Positions 31,869 to 41,480 of a stretch of DNA of 64,000 bases are shown piece by piece; positions within the stretch are counted from its first letter, which is position 1; every line of letters begins with the position of its first letter. The position numbers were made by a program, and so were the translations under genes. Under the pieces are notes generated by a model, which ran no database searches, was not told the origin of the DNA, and worked only from the letters and a program-made list of their open reading frames with translations. This DNA comes from a virus (Duplodnaviria; Caudoviricetes), in IMG/VR virus record IMGVR_UViG_3300037067_003476, positions 79,156 to 143,155 of that record. One strand, 5' to 3'.

Positions 31869-34394
31869 CTATTGATTATACACCTCTCCGCGTTTTACGG
31901 CAGCGACATTATTGCTTCTGGCCCACTCTGCATTTCTGAATCCTGCAATTCCTGGTCCGCGATACATACCCTCTGACGGGTCCACGTTAACAGCCCTGAT
32001 GTTACCTGGGACATCATCATAATCTATTATTGGAGGAGGAGTTATATCGTTGTCGTAGACATATCTGTGAGCAATCAACAAACTGGTATACCTATCCTTT
32101 CGCATCTTATGGGTTTTTTTCTTACCCTCAGATATGCTCATTTCTGTAACAGAAGGTGCTTCGAATTTTTCCTTTCCAGTCGGAGTCGATGTCATTTTGA
32201 TGGCACATAATTCGTTTTTAAGTTCTTCGATATTATGAACGATGTCTTCGTAAGTATCGGTTGTTATTCCGGCAAGATTTTCAACAGCCATTGCCGCCTG
32301 CATTTTAACGGTATTTATTCCTGGGAACAATAGTTTTCTGGTTTCAAAGCTCTTGTGCATAAACAAATTAGACTGACTATTCCATTCGGTCGATTGCGCG
32401 ATAAGATGTAATATATGTGGCCCATCCCTCTCTTCGTCCATTGCCTTTGGTGCATCAAAATCAATTACCTCATAAATTGGCATATCCCCTTTAGATGGAT
32501 CTAATAGCTTTTTATTCCTTAGCATCTCGGCTATAGCATATCCACCACCCTGACTATCCATCTCTATGCGAATAGGCGAAAACGCCTTAACGACATCTCG
32601 TATACGAGAGCAACAGTAATCGTAATAGTCTTTGTTTGTAACCAACCCTCGCTTCTTACGTTTCTCAAACTCTGGTTTGTTAACTGCCCAGCAATATACT
32701 ATTCTCCAGTGATTAGGCCAAACCTCTATTATGGTTATTGCCAAATTATCCCGTTCTGCTGCTGGGTCAATTCCGATCACGTACTTGACACCCTTCTGTG
32801 CTCGGGTTATTGGCGTAAACACAATATCTCCGTCTGGCGTCGTGATGGGTTTGCCTGGATATGTTGTACACGCCTCGATCAAACTTCTTTTATATATACC
32901 ATCCGAGTCTGCAACAAAGCAATTGTGATGAACAATGCCCTGGGCTAGATACGAATGGTCTTCTTCTACCTCTAAATTATAGACCCAGCCAGAATAATCG
33001 TATACCTCTATTTTGATTACATAAACAATATTTTGAACTGGTGATGAATCACCATCGTTACATACGAAAGACGATAGCTTATCACCAACCATCAAATGTT
33101 TCGCCGAAACAAATTTGCGACCATTCCATATCGGATGATAGGCTGTGACCTCGATAGGATTGTCAACATCAGTACTGATTTTGTATATAGACCCAGTGTA
33201 ATATCTATACTTTCTTCTAATTACCTTTCGTTGTAGTCCTGTGTGAGATATTACTAAATCGCCACAATTAACATCAACTATCCTCTTCGTTCCATTACTA
33301 GTGTAGACTTGTGTATTTTCGACTGCGCATGCACCGTATTCCATTAGATATATATTGGTGGGTAACGTTGCTTTGGCGTGTGCTAATTGTCTTTGATCAA
33401 GCAATCCCTCTTGGACACAATTGTGGGGAAGACGAATAACAGCATAGTCCTTCCAGTTAAAGTGCTCTGGTATGTTATCTTCGCCGCCAAAAATGTCGGC
33501 GATAATGTCTCTGTTACCACCACTTTGTATGATACTTTTCCACATCTCATATCGCTTGGCGAAATGATTGAACGCATAGTACGCCGTACCACTATATATA
33601 ATTTGGTTGGTACCTCGCGTGTCGCCAACAAGCCTATCTCGAACATGCTTGGGAACACCAGCCTTTGCTAGCTTTTTATCAAGAGCTATCTTCTGTGCTT
33701 CTTCTACTGGACTTTTTGATGTTGCGGCGAATCCGCGAACTACGATATCAAATACATCTGCTGGTATCGAAGCAAACTCGTCCGCTATAATACAATGGGC
33801 TCGAAGACCACGAATCTTTGTTCCGTCTCCCATCGGTGCAGCAATAATAACGGACTCACCGATCCTAAAGTAACAAAGATCTACACTCTGTTTTGGTCCA
33901 GCTTTACGGCCACCACCAACAATACTGCGTAATACTGGAGCAGAACTCCAGATATCTTCTATGTACTGAAAAACCAACTTTGCCTGTCTTAGCCCAGCAC
34001 CAACTATTACTATTTTTGATCCTGGCTCAAGTATCGCCTTTAATATTGCATAGACGGCCAATATGAAAGACTTTCCGGAACCACGAGATGCAATGAGCAT
34101 TGGAAACGAATGGTCCCACAATGTTTTTAGAATAGCAAGCTGCATAGGAAACAACGATGTGTTCAGAATAGACTTAACTGTCCATCCGATATATTCTGGA
34201 TCAAGTATCGCACGAATAACAAACTCGTCTGCCTTTTGCTTATCATGAACAATATCTTGAAATGGATGGTTGGTAATAACAGGAACATCGTCTCTGTTTG
34301 GGAATAAATATGCGTACCGGCCTTCGTCACCGTAGAGCAGCGCATTTATTCTATCTATTTGTTTTTTATTCTTTACTTTTGCTGAGGAACCCAT
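31869..34394 (-). CDS. terL: Terminase large subunit containing an intein
   Basis: Walker A SRGSGKS, Walker B IIADEF, nuclease IGIDPA and KDRY motifs. Confidence 0.92.
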   Translation of the reverse strand: MGSSAKVKNKKQIDRINALLYGDEGRYAYLFPNRDDVPVITNHPFQDIVHDKQKADEFVIRAILDPEYIGWTVKSILNTSLFPMQLAILKTLWDHSFPMLIASRGSGKSFILAVYAILKAILEPGSKIVIVGAGLRQAKLVFQYIEDIWSSAPVLRSIVGGGRKAGPKQSVDLCYFRIGESVIIAAPMGDGTKIRGLRAHCIIADEFASIPADVFDIVVRGFAATSKSPVEEAQKIALDKKLAKAGVPKHVRDRLVGDTRGTNQIIYSGTAYYAFNHFAKRYEMWKSIIQSGGNRDIIADIFGGEDNIPEHFNWKDYAVIRLPHNCVQEGLLDQRQLAHAKATLPTNIYLMEYGACAVENTQVYTSNGTKRIVDVNCGDLVISHTGLQRKVIRRKYRYYTGSIYKISTDVDNPIEVTAYHPIWNGRKFVSAKHLMVGDKLSSFVCNDGDSSPVQNIVYVIKIEVYDYSGWVYNLEVEEDHSYLAQGIVHHNCFVADSDGIYKRSLIEACTTYPGKPITTPDGDIVFTPITRAQKGVKYVIGIDPAAERDNLAITIIEVWPNHWRIVYCWAVNKPEFEKRKKRGLVTNKDYYDYCCSRIRDVVKAFSPIRIEMDSQGGGYAIAEMLRNKKLLDPSKGDMPIYEVIDFDAPKAMDEERDGPHILHLIAQSTEWNSQSNLFMHKSFETRKLLFPGINTVKMQAAMAVENLAGITTDTYEDIVHNIEELKNELCAIKMTSTPTGKEKFEAPSVTEMSISEGKKKTHKMRKDRYTSLLIAHRYVYDNDITPPPIIDYDDVPGNIRAVNVDPSEGMYRGPGIAGFRNAEWARSNNVAAVKRGEVYNQ
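31876..31883 (-). promoter_or_regulatory. Putative late promoter motif GTGTATAA
   Basis: At the TerL 3' end, about 45 bp upstream of the portal ATG. Confidence 0.55.
32922..33329 (-). mobile_element. Mini-intein (136 aa, Hint domain only) in TerL
   Basis: Starts C(AVENT), block B VTAYHP, block F VYNLEVEEDHSY, ends HN followed by Cys +1; no endonuclease domain. Confidence 0.92.
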
Positions 34395-34885
34395 AATGAT
34401 CTTTCTTGTTTTACAACCATATCAAAAATAATTTTTGAGACCTGCCTACCGCACTGTCCAACAAACATAATCGGAACAGAATACTCTGAACCAAGTTTCA
34501 TTAACCAACCGATAACCGCCTTACCTGGAACATGCGTTTTAATTTGTGATGGCGATAATTCAAAAGCCTCTCGGGTTAAATCGGTTTCTATTAAAACATA
34601 ACGATACTTAATTTCCGCCATCCTAATAAATTCATTCAATATTCTATCTTGATCATTCAGGTAATTATTCCATAACTCTGAAAAACCTGCTTTCCGCTCG
34701 ATACATAGTAAGTGTTCATAATTTTGAATAGAGTAGTCACCCGTTTTCAGGGTGTCTGTGGTCGTTCCCAGACATAACGGCGGGCGTTTCGTTGGGTGAC
34801 TGCGCGAAAATTCCCAATAACTTCCACACTCTTTCTCTCGTGTATCGCGAATCACAGTATATGATGGCATTATTAGTCTTGGCAT
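34373..34885 (-). CDS. ERCC4/XPF-family nuclease
   Basis: DTRE ... LKTGDYS ... IERK signature. Confidence 0.8.
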   Translation of the reverse strand: MPRLIMPSYTVIRDTREKECGSYWEFSRSHPTKRPPLCLGTTTDTLKTGDYSIQNYEHLLCIERKAGFSELWNNYLNDQDRILNEFIRMAEIKYRYVLIETDLTREAFELSPSQIKTHVPGKAVIGWLMKLGSEYSVPIMFVGQCGRQVSKIIFDMVVKQERSLWVPQQK

Positions 34886-34891
34886 GACTTG

Positions 34892-35898
34892 TTACCCATT
34901 AATTTCTATTCCAACTTGACGACAATCATGTATCACCATTTCTCGTATCAATTCGTGAAACGTAGTCTTTGGTTCCCACCCAATGATTCTCTTGGCTTTA
35001 GAAGCGTCTCCACATAATAGTTCTACATCTGCGGGACGAGAACATACTGCGTCATACCCGACATGATCTTCCCAGTTTAGGCCAACTACCCCAAATGCTT
35101 CTTCGAGCAATTGTTTAATAGACCATGTTTTCCCTGAAGCTATTACAAAGTCGTCTGGCTTTTCTTGTTGAAGGATAAGCCACATTGCTTCTACATAATC
35201 ACGAGCATGGCCCCAGTCTCTGCGCGCTGTTAGACTCCCTAGTTTAAGTTTGTCTATTTGTTTATTATGCTGTCTAGCTTGAAGCAGTCTAGCAATATAC
35301 ATAGTAATTTTGCGGGTAACAAAATCTTCGCCACGCCTAGGACTAGAATGATTAAAAAGGATGCCTGTGCAACCAAAGACCCCATATGCTTCTCTATATA
35401 ATCTACAGGAGTAATATCCTGCCGCCTTAGCTACTGCGTAAGGCGACCTTGGACGAATTTCGGTTCCTTCATTTTGTGGGGATTCTCGTACATCTCCGAA
35501 AAGTTCCGATGTTCCAGCGAAATACATCTTGGTAGTATTACTAGTTTGTCTAATAGCTTCAAGAATATTTAGAGTTCCCATAGCATCGGTTTGAAATGTA
35601 GCGTATGGCTCAACAAACGATACACCAACATTGCTTTGTGCCGCTAGGTGATATATCTCATCCGGCTTTATTCCAGATATTATTCTAAACATACATGACG
35701 CATCGGTTATATCCCCCTCAACTAAATGCAGTTTGGGATTAGCTAATAAATGGTTTATTCTTTCTTTTGTATTTGTAGACGATCTTCGTATTAAACCATA
35801 AACATTGTATCCCTTTTCTAATAGTAGCTCAGACAAAAACGATCCGTCCTGACCCGTAACTAAACGCCCGTGATTAGGGCTGTTTTAGTCCTGTTCAC
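34892..35898 (-). CDS. gmd: GDP-mannose 4,6-dehydratase; 5' end interrupted by a 5-nt insertion carrying an in-frame TAG
   Basis: PDEIYHLAAQS, YAVAK, GILFNH, RDWGHARDYV motifs; AGGAGG-GTG start gives MNRTKTALITGV*, then the frame resumes at (V)TGQDGSFLSELL after 5 nt. Confidence 0.85.
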
Positions 35899-36808
35899 GG
35901 GCATCCTCCTTTCGACACTGATTCCACTTGTATTCATATTGTTCTCCTATTGAAACACTTTGCCTAATCCACATAAGAAACGCCTTAGCAGACTTACTAC
36001 GAAGTCTTATCCTATGTGTATTTTCGCTATATATACAAGAAAATCCAAAACTCTCTAATTTAGAAATTAAGAACTCACAATCTTTTTTAGAAAAACGTTC
36101 CGTACATAATATTAAACCATATTTTAATGGCTTCCCATCCCCTATCGCCCACCAATAATATGATAATGGCGTCAATCTAATATCATATGGTATACACCTA
36201 GTTTTATCTTTATTATACCATCTAGTATGATGATCTCTAAAAAATTTATATGAATGAGATTTAATAAAATATTCACTATTACCACTATGCTTATCTACTC
36301 CTGTCCAAATTGGAGAAAAGTCAATCTTACTTAATGCTTTTTGTACTTGAAGAATTGTCTCTTTAAAACATGATCCATAGCAAAATCTACCGGATAAAGA
36401 CGACTGAGAAATATCTATGTGACCATCACCAAGCATCATTCCGTCAAGAATCTCTAAATCAGTATCGGATAGCTGAACATCTTTTAATCTATCAATATGG
36501 TGTTGCGAATTCCCGTCTATTATCATGTGTTTACTATGTTCTGTGTGTGTTCGTCCATAAAATGGATTATTTACACCAGAATTTGCAAAAGACATTTTTT
36601 GTTTCCACTCGTCGGTATGTTTTCTTCCTTTATTGCGCTTACCAATATTTCGCTTGGCACAAGTTCCAGAACAAAATTTACGCAGTCGATCTCTTTTGTT
36701 GTTGGGATTTACAGAAAATACACGATTGCATTCTTGACAAATCCTTTCTTCTAATATAGAACAATTATTTATCATTCCTTTCTCTCCAATAACGATTCCA
36801 CTTTCCAT
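35885..36808 (-). mobile_element. Free-standing LAGLIDADG homing endonuclease with N-terminal Zn-finger and NUMOD3-like motifs
   Basis: CQEC..FCSGTC, GRKHTDEWKQKMS/YGRTHTE, ILDGMMLGDGHI and WWAIGDG motifs; visibly more AT-rich than flanks; true start may be ATG 36775. Confidence 0.85.
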
Positions 36809-37848
36809 AAATGTTTGGTCGCAGCTTGTAATCCAATCCTGTTAATCTCGTCTACTATACTTTTCTGACCCAGCACGTTAAAGATATCTACCAATCTATT
36901 AAAGTAACTATGCTGCGTAGCTGTGTGTGTAACAAGAGACTTGATTATCCCCAATCGAACCTCTGGTCTAGAACCAATGGCCTCAACAAACTGAATAAAA
37001 GCTGTCACGTCGCTGACTACCGGTATCATATTTCCAAAATACTTGGCACCCAACGATGTATTGATAATCGGTAGTCCGCCACATATAGCCGATGCGAAAG
37101 TCCGCCCATTTAACACCGCACCCTCTTTTGCCTGATCGGTTGTGTGTAGGTTTACACAAACATTGGATCGACTATAAATGTTAGCTGGATTACCAGTAAA
37201 TGGCACTACGCCATTTATGCCTATTGTATTCCATGTATTATCACCATGGATGACAGTATTCAATCTTCCACTAATCCTCATCAACAACGGAAGAATCCAC
37301 TCTCTTAGTATATCCATGCGATGAGACATGTTGGCGATTATAGACACCCCGTGCGTTGGAGATAAGTCTTGTGGGGTCGATATCAATGAATCTCCGGCCA
37401 TTGGTAATTGCATCAGTGGAATATCCTGGTCAAACCATCTATGAAAATATTTTCCCCATACATGTGGTTCCGCAGACGTATGCACAATCTTGCGATTGAT
37501 CATGCCAGCTACAGAAACGTCGTCGTATGTCGCGCATCCAAACCTGTTGTCAAGACAAAATCCGTCGTTATTAAATGGAAGCGCCTCAATAATGACGCAT
37601 ATGCTACGCTTATTGATTAGATCTATTGGTAGATTTCGCAAACCACATACACATGACACAAAAATAATCGACACATCTAGTTGTTCAATAATACTAACTA
37701 TATCAGCCTTGCAAACTGGTTGATATGCAAAAACTTTCCACCCAACAGCACGAAGGGCATTGGCGTATCCACGACTAGCAACATTAGTTGTGACGTTATC
37801 GTTTAGTATGAATAGTGCAGAGTTATTCATCGTCCCGCCCTTCGACAT
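36772..37848 (-). CDS. Glycosyltransferase (GT-B, CgeB-like)
   Basis: IYSRSNVCVNLH...LNGRTFASAICGG...HSYFNRL C-terminal pattern; adjacent to gmd. Confidence 0.65.
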   Translation of the reverse strand: MSKGGTMNNSALFILNDNVTTNVASRGYANALRAVGWKVFAYQPVCKADIVSIIEQLDVSIIFVSCVCGLRNLPIDLINKRSICVIIEALPFNNDGFCLDNRFGCATYDDVSVAGMINRKIVHTSAEPHVWGKYFHRWFDQDIPLMQLPMAGDSLISTPQDLSPTHGVSIIANMSHRMDILREWILPLLMRISGRLNTVIHGDNTWNTIGINGVVPFTGNPANIYSRSNVCVNLHTTDQAKEGAVLNGRTFASAICGGLPIINTSLGAKYFGNMIPVVSDVTAFIQFVEAIGSRPEVRLGIIKSLVTHTATQHSYFNRLVDIFNVLGQKSIVDEINRIGLQAATKHLWKVESLLERKE

Positions 37849-38740
37849 CTGTCGTAATCACGTCTTCGTCGGCATCAACGGTTTCGCTATCGAGAATGAC
37901 ACAATCATTTTGTCCATCTGGAAACTCGACTGTCGTTCTGAACTGTTGCAACATATCGTCAGTAGCCAATCTCGTTAGTTCGGCATATTTGCCATGTTGT
38001 TCGCGACTCTTATCATTGGTTCGAATATCGGCAACTAAATCGAAAAATGTTTTGTTCCCAGTCTTTAGTTCATCAACCCTGTCCCTTCTTGTTGCCGCAA
38101 GATTCTGGTATATCTTTTGTCTTTCTGCAACCAGCTTATCATATCGTGTATTGGCTTCGTCCAGTGCTCGATTATGGTCTCCAAGCAACTTATACTTCTC
38201 CATTCGAATGGCCTTATCTTCTTTGCTATCGCTTTCTTTTGGAGAACTTAATTCTAGGAAACCCTTTATTTCGGAGATTGCAGTCTGTAACGCTTTCATT
38301 TTTTCAAGTTGTCGATTAATCAAAAGCCTGTGTTTCAAAAAGTCGTCAATCTGAAAATACTCACTAACAACTATATCTTCAAACTGGGTACAGATCTGTC
38401 CGTACTCCTCCATATAAGCACGTACTTCGTCTGTGTTAAACTGCTTAATTAGTGCGACATAAAGATGGCTCTTGCGAAATTGTTCTCTAAACCAATCGGC
38501 CTTATCATTATATGGTAAATTGGCAGGTGGCGTAGAAAATATGTGTCCACTAGCACTATCACAAACAGGTGCCATCCTGTTGCCAGTTTTCAGTTTTTGG
38601 CGCAATCGCCCTATGGTTACATGATGGAACTTATGGCCGATGACAGCTTCGATACGCTTGGCTATTTCAACATTGGTTATATTATTTGAGATTCCATCAA
38701 GAAAAATTTCCTTGGCCTTTGGGTTATCTAGCAATTTCAT
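37823..38740 (-). CDS. Putative terminase small subunit (N-terminal HTH plus coiled coil)
   Basis: N-terminal HTH-like segment, helical body, upstream of TerL. Confidence 0.4.
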   Translation of the reverse strand: MKLLDNPKAKEIFLDGISNNITNVEIAKRIEAVIGHKFHHVTIGRLRQKLKTGNRMAPVCDSASGHIFSTPPANLPYNDKADWFREQFRKSHLYVALIKQFNTDEVRAYMEEYGQICTQFEDIVVSEYFQIDDFLKHRLLINRQLEKMKALQTAISEIKGFLELSSPKESDSKEDKAIRMEKYKLLGDHNRALDEANTRYDKLVAERQKIYQNLAATRRDRVDELKTGNKTFFDLVADIRTNDKSREQHGKYAELTRLATDDMLQQFRTTVEFPDGQNDCVILDSETVDADEDVITTDVEGRDDE

Positions 38741-39279
38741 TGTTGATCCCTTTTTAACAAAATAGTGGCAATCCTTCTAATCTCTATCAAGTGATTCTTT
38801 GGAATCTGATAACCGTCAAGTAATTTGTGAAACGAATCAACCGTGTCTTCTGGTAATAATTTCTCGATTCGCTGCTTAAAGTCGTTACACTCTATCGTAG
38901 CCAATGGCTCACACCAACTTGGTGCGCAAATAAACTTAACCATTTTTGAAAGCGGTCCATCTCCCATTGGCAAAGCGTTCACTATATTGATTCTGTCTTT
39001 GATGTGCTTGTCATCGGGAAGGAATGGACTAAAGTACCTATCTCGTTTTAGATTTCTTAGTCTATTAGCGACACATCGTCGCAGAAAATGTTCTATAGAT
39101 CCCTTGGATGGTTTGTAGTTCTCAAGCGCCTGTATACAAATTACCCAAACCTCTTGGGCAATATCGTCCCATTCAAAATAAGCGAACGATCCGTTCAAAG
39201 AGTTTCCATGTGCTATGTCATTTATTATCGGTGTCGCTTTTTTCAATAGTTTTTTGCTGATCACTGGAACCATCCCCAC
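38737..39279 (-). CDS. Phage sigma70-like factor (region 2-like)
   Basis: DDIAQEVWVICIQALENYKPSKGSIEHFLRRCVANRLRNLKR resembles sigma region 2; likely start ATG 39273. Confidence 0.7.
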   Translation of the reverse strand: MGMVPVISKKLLKKATPIINDIAHGNSLNGSFAYFEWDDIAQEVWVICIQALENYKPSKGSIEHFLRRCVANRLRNLKRDRYFSPFLPDDKHIKDRINIVNALPMGDGPLSKMVKFICAPSWCEPLATIECNDFKQRIEKLLPEDTVDSFHKLLDGYQIPKNHLIEIRRIATILLKRDQQ

Positions 39280-39412
39280 TAATAATGGCTAGAACCAATT
39301 TCTTCTGTTCTTTTGATGGAGGGGGTTGTACCAAATCAGATATGGCATCCGAGTTTACCTTATCAGACCCTATAACCGCTAGGCGACAATCTATTCTGAT
39401 GTGCTCATTCAT
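39218..39412 (-). CDS. Hypothetical protein, first gene of the late operon
   Basis: AGGTG RBS, directly downstream of a GTGTATAA motif. Confidence 0.5.
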   Translation of the reverse strand: MNEHIRIDCRLAVIGSDKVNSDAISDLVQPPPSKEQKKLVLAIISGDGSSDQQKTIEKSDTDNK

Positions 39413-39427
39413 TTTACACCTACTGAT

Positions 39428-39435
39428 TTATACAC
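39428..39435 (-). promoter_or_regulatory. Putative late promoter motif GTGTATAA at the head of the virion operon
   Basis: In the divergent intergenic gap where the coding strand switches. Confidence 0.6.
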
Positions 39436-39518
39436 AGTCCCATAACCTCCACTAATATATACGCCTCAATCACTTATGTTTATCGCAAAAAACGTGTTGC
39501 CCAACGGTAAATATTAAT

Positions 39519-39809
39519 ATGCGACAAGGACTTGAAATCAGAAAAGCCTCGCTCCCATATTACAAACCATATATAATTATTGATACATCAAATAATACAA
39601 TTATAGGACACTACGACACATACGATCAGGCAAAGCGTGACTTGAATATGTTCGCTAATAACATGAAGATACCACATGAAAGCAATATAAAGAACAAGTC
39701 TAGTCCGCTTTCATCATATAAACAAAGACTAGATCTGCCCATTGGAGATAAACCTAATCCGGTGATAATTAAACCCGGCGATATAGGTAGGAGAAAAATT
39801 CAGCTATGA
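39519..39809 (+). CDS. Hypothetical protein
   Basis: First plus-strand ORF, overlaps the MTase start (ATGA). Confidence 0.55.
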   Translation: MRQGLEIRKASLPYYKPYIIIDTSNNTIIGHYDTYDQAKRDLNMFANNMKIPHESNIKNKSSPLSSYKQRLDLPIGDKPNPVIIKPGDIGRRKIQL

Positions 39810-40507
39810 TAGAATTAATTCGTGGGCAATTTGAAAATATAGATATACCACGACATATAGACATGATTTTAATGGACCCACCAGATAATGTGGGTCTAGA
39901 ATATGATTCATATGACGATAATTTGCCAGACGGTGAATACCAGTACCTACTAGAGAGATGGTTGCGCAAAGCCGTGTCGCTGACGAGTGGTCCGGTGTGG
40001 ATTACGTTCAATGAAAAATGGATCGGCACAATTGAGAATATTTTGTCGTCATGCAATATCAGGTTGATTCAGAGATGTTGGTGGCATTGGACATTTGGAC
40101 AGGCGTGCAAAACAAGGTATACGCCATCTATCCGACCGATCTACTGGTTAAACAACAACACTATATTTTCCAGTCAGATAAGAATACCATCCGCTAGGCA
40201 GACCAAGTATAACGATAAAAGAGCAAAGTCTGGTGGTAAGCTACCAGATAATGTCTGGGAATTTTCTCGTGTATGTGGCACATTCAATGAAAGGCGCAGA
40301 TGGCATGTTTGTCAGATACCAGAAGGGCTAATGGAACGAGTTATTCTGGGACATACATTGCCTGGAGCAACTATATTGGACCCGTTTATTGGATCTGGCA
40401 CTACTGCTATTGTGGCCAATCGACTAGCGAGAAATTGCATTGGAATTGATCAGTCACAAGTATATCTAGATAAGATAAGAACAGAGATAGACAAAAATGG
40501 ACGATAG
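39806..40507 (+). CDS. DNA N6-adenine/N4-cytosine methyltransferase (beta class), orphan
   Basis: DPP(D)N motif IV then LDPFIGSGTT motif I. Confidence 0.85.
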   Translation: MIELIRGQFENIDIPRHIDMILMDPPDNVGLEYDSYDDNLPDGEYQYLLERWLRKAVSLTSGPVWITFNEKWIGTIENILSSCNIRLIQRCWWHWTFGQACKTRYTPSIRPIYWLNNNTIFSSQIRIPSARQTKYNDKRAKSGGKLPDNVWEFSRVCGTFNERRRWHVCQIPEGLMERVILGHTLPGATILDPFIGSGTTAIVANRLARNCIGIDQSQVYLDKIRTEIDKNGR

Positions 40508-40763
40508 AACAAAAGACCTGTTGAGACGACTAGACACTCAGCAATTAGGTGAACTGCTAGACGAAATAGCTAAGGTGGCTGTCGAAGAAACCTGCTTGGT
40601 TGATAAAGGGGATAACGTTTGTAGTGTTGGATCAAAGCTTGCAAAACTAGGCATTAACCTTCTTGAGATAGTGGGTTGTTGTTGTAGTCTATCTGTAGTT
40701 CACCCGGAATGGAACCAACCAGTGATCTATGTAACCCCGGAGGGCATCAATGAGTTCGAGTGA
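40497..40763 (+). CDS. Hypothetical protein
   Basis: Overlapping-operon ORF. Confidence 0.55.
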   Translation: MDDRTKDLLRRLDTQQLGELLDEIAKVAVEETCLVDKGDNVCSVGSKLAKLGINLLEIVGCCCSLSVVHPEWNQPVIYVTPEGINEFE

Positions 40764-40932
40764 TATTAATCAAGATAGGCATCCAAATTTCCGTGACAAG
40801 AGCGGCAAGCTGTTTCTCGTCAGGTGTTTCGCGTGTGACCCCAAAAATGGTAGGGAGAATTATTGTATGGCCGTAGCCGCTGGAACATGCTCATGGTGCG
40901 GCTGGAAAGAGGAAAAGACCAATGACGATTGA
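40750..40932 (+). CDS. Small Zn-ribbon protein
   Basis: CFAC...CSWC. Confidence 0.55.
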   Translation: MSSSDINQDRHPNFRDKSGKLFLVRCFACDPKNGRENYCMAVAAGTCSWCGWKEEKTNDD

Positions 40933-41146
40933 AATCAACCTAATGTACGTGTTGTTCTACCTATTGTTTGGTATATGTTACAATTTTATCGAGCAACAGA
41001 AATCTTTGGAAGCGATGTTCGCAACTCCATTCTGTCGCCTTGTCGTTACTCTGATCATTATTGTTGCGTGGCCAATACATGCATTGTTGTGGCTTGAGTA
41101 CTGGTACTGGAAAATTTATTGGAAGAACCATGACATCCCAAAATGA
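40922..41146 (+). CDS. Small membrane protein
   Basis: Two hydrophobic stretches. Confidence 0.55.
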   Translation: MTIEINLMYVLFYLLFGICYNFIEQQKSLEAMFATPFCRLVVTLIIIVAWPIHALLWLEYWYWKIYWKNHDIPK

Positions 41147-41480
41147 TGTCAAACAACGCATAGGTATGTTACTGGATATGTGGGAACGAAGTATCCAGAG
41201 CAGCAGAAGTGTGTCCATACGTAACGCAAAGCGTATTTACGGTAGTACCGACACATATGTGCAAGATAAGGGAACCATTGTAACTAATCTAGAATACGCC
41301 AAAATAATCGATACGATTAGACAACAGATACGCTGCCTAATACCGGATCATCCTATAATGAACGACATAATGAAAGACCCTGTTTTTGTTGAAAAATGGA
41401 AAATAATCGACTACATAGATTTGTACTATGACTACTACGAGACATTAATAGTAAAGATCAGGAGATTTTGCTGTGAGTAA
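41130..41480 (+). CDS. Hypothetical protein
   Basis: ORF from MTSQND, overlapping both neighbours. Confidence 0.5.
   Translation: MTSQNDVKQRIGMLLDMWERSIQSSRSVSIRNAKRIYGSTDTYVQDKGTIVTNLEYAKIIDTIRQQIRCLIPDHPIMNDIMKDPVFVEKWKIIDYIDLYYDYYETLIVKIRRFCCE

Noticed and set aside
35860-35862. TAG reassignment (alternative genetic code) as the explanation for the gmd stop
   Set aside because: Read-through would remain out of frame, and other genes such as TerL and the MTase end normally at TAG
409-39118. Numerous plus-strand ORFs opposite the structural genes (and minus-strand ORFs opposite 39.5-64 kb)
   Set aside because: Antisense shadows of long genuine ORFs; no RBS or recognisable motifs
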